64,000 nucleotides of DNA from Eledone cirrhosa (taxonomy: Eukaryota), in NCBI GenBank assembly GCA_964016885.1, contig OZ024741.1, positions 128,464,001 through 128,528,000 on the forward strand, written 5' to 3'. Positions 61,707 to 64,000 of this stretch are shown piece after piece. The notes beneath the pieces were generated by a model. That model was not told the DNA's origin. It saw nothing but the letters and a program-made list of their open reading frames with translations, and searched no databases. Position numbers and translations under genes: made by a program. Each line of letters begins with the position of its first letter. Position 1 is the stretch's first letter.

Positions 61707-61810
61707 GAACTCAATATGTGTAAAGTAGGTTTTCGTCCTCGTTAATAAATGTAGACACACACACACATGTACGTATGGATGTATGCATGTAATTGTGTTG
61801 TGTGCGCATG

Positions 61811-61845
<35 letters not shown>

Positions 61846-61847
61846 GC

Positions 61848-61883
<36 letters not shown>

Positions 61884-62143
61884 GCATTTATATATATAGA
61901 GATTAATATATGTACACACGCACACATACACACTTCACACACGTACACACAAATGTACGTATACATATGTATATGTTTGTGTGTTAGTGTGTACATACGC
62001 AAGAAATTATGTACTTTTACAGGTACATTTATACAATTGTCTACCTATTTCCCTAGCTATCTAGCTGTTATTTGTAAAACCCCCGCCGTCACGTCTTGTA
62101 AGGTCCCACTTCTTCTGCACCCTTGTGGCAAATAAAGAGGTCA

Positions 62144-62184
<41 letters not shown>

Positions 62185-62541
62185 ACTCTTCGTACTCCTG
62201 GAGATGAGGGTTGCACATTTTTTCGGGGGTATGTGTTACCCATATGAAATGTCTCCCCCTTTTGGGGAAAATCGATTAATTTTTAAATTGCATTTGTGAT
62301 AGTATTTTATACGTTTTTATTGTATGTAAACTTCCCCCTTTGTATTTGTCCCCTTCTTTTGTGCCCCTGTGGCTAATAAAGAAACATATCTATCTATCTA
62401 TCTAGTCCCCTACTTATCTATCTATATATATATATCCTTCTCTCTCTTTATCTCTATCTCTATCTAGCTATACTTTATGCTTATCTATCTTTCCAACTAT
62501 CCATCCATCCATCCATCTATCTACTTCTCTCTCTCATTCTT

Positions 62542-62574
<33 letters not shown>

Positions 62575-62597
62575 TTATCTATCTAACTATATGTTTG

Positions 62598-62773
<176 letters not shown>

Positions 62774-62872
62774 ATGCGAGAGATAGGTAGATAGATCGAT
62801 AGATAGACAGGTGGAAAGATAGATAGCATAAAGTATAGATAGATAGAGATAAAGATAAAGAAAGGGGGAGAA

Positions 62873-62963
<91 letters not shown>

Positions 62964-63118
62964 GAGGTAGGGACTAGATAGATATCTATCTATCTATATC
63001 TCTGTATATCGATCTCTCTCTGTCTTTCTCTCCATCTCTATCTATCTATACTTCATGCTCTCTACCTAAATAATTTGATTCATTTCGTTTCCCATTTTTT
63101 CTCTGTCTCATGCCATAC

Positions 63119-63212
<94 letters not shown>

Positions 63213-64000
63213 CTATCTATCCTCTTTCTCCTCCAGACACATCGTCACCAATGCATTCCTTTTGTTACAGGAAATGCACTGATACACATGCAACCTAGTT
63301 TACATGCATGCATACAACCAGCTAGCTATGCACATACATGCATATATACATACATATTTGCCCACAAGCATCCATGCATACACATACACACATACACATT
63401 CATTCTTCAGCAACACTCATATATACACACAGCTTCAATATTTCGCTAACATATGCACTCATATAGAAACATACTCTGCTTGACACACTAACATACTAAC
63501 ATACATGTGCATCTTGGAATAGACACATAATTTCCAGCTATGCATACACATGCACCTACAAACCTGAGCTAATAATTTTGCTTTATGCTTGTCCATTGAA
63601 TCTTTTCTGGTTTGTCTTCTCTTTTTATCGCTTCTTCTTCTTCTTCTTCTTCTTCTTCTTCTTCTTCTTCTTCTTCTTCTCCTCCTCCTCCTCCTCCTCC
63701 TCCTCCTCCTCCTTTCTTCTTCTCGTTTATGAGTGGATCTGAGATTGTTGTCGTTCGCCTGATTAAGACAAGTGATCAGTTTCTAGGACCCACCATGAAA
63801 AGGTCGACAAACATAGACCTCATCTAATCCTATGATGACAACATCTCCTCGTTCATTTGTGGATCTCCTGGCAACTGTACATCTCAATCGTTCATGTACA
63901 ACTCACAAACGGAACATTTCAATGATTGGTTGCAAAGCTCAAACGAAATTCGACTGGAATGCTTTTTCGTTTTTTATCGTTCTCAAAACCCCAGTCACGT

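Overview
AT-rich, repeat-saturated animal genomic DNA. The SINE families and the dense (TA)n/(CA)n/(GA)n tracts suggest a cephalopod/octopus-type mollusc genome (inference). I found no convincing host gene, and most ORF-track entries are translations of microsatellites. The one intact coding unit is a Neptune-type Penelope-like retroelement (PLE; RT plus Cys-rich linker plus GIY-YIG) at 13704-18817. Its upstream ORF overlaps the RT ORF in the -1 frame at an in-phase U_UUU_UUA slippery heptamer. About 16 fold-back (inverted-repeat) PLE-end insertions of many families sit in (TA)n tracts, most carrying hammerhead ribozyme (HHR) motifs, including U3-A8 core variants and one with a ~100-nt stem II. 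Five copies of a non-coding ~400-450-nt unit carry an extended type I HHR and are circularly permuted, as expected for a retrozyme-like circular RNA. The rest is tRNA-derived SINEs and decayed LINE fragments (RTE, R4/Dong, CRE). Coordinates were read by eye and repeat boundaries are approximate.
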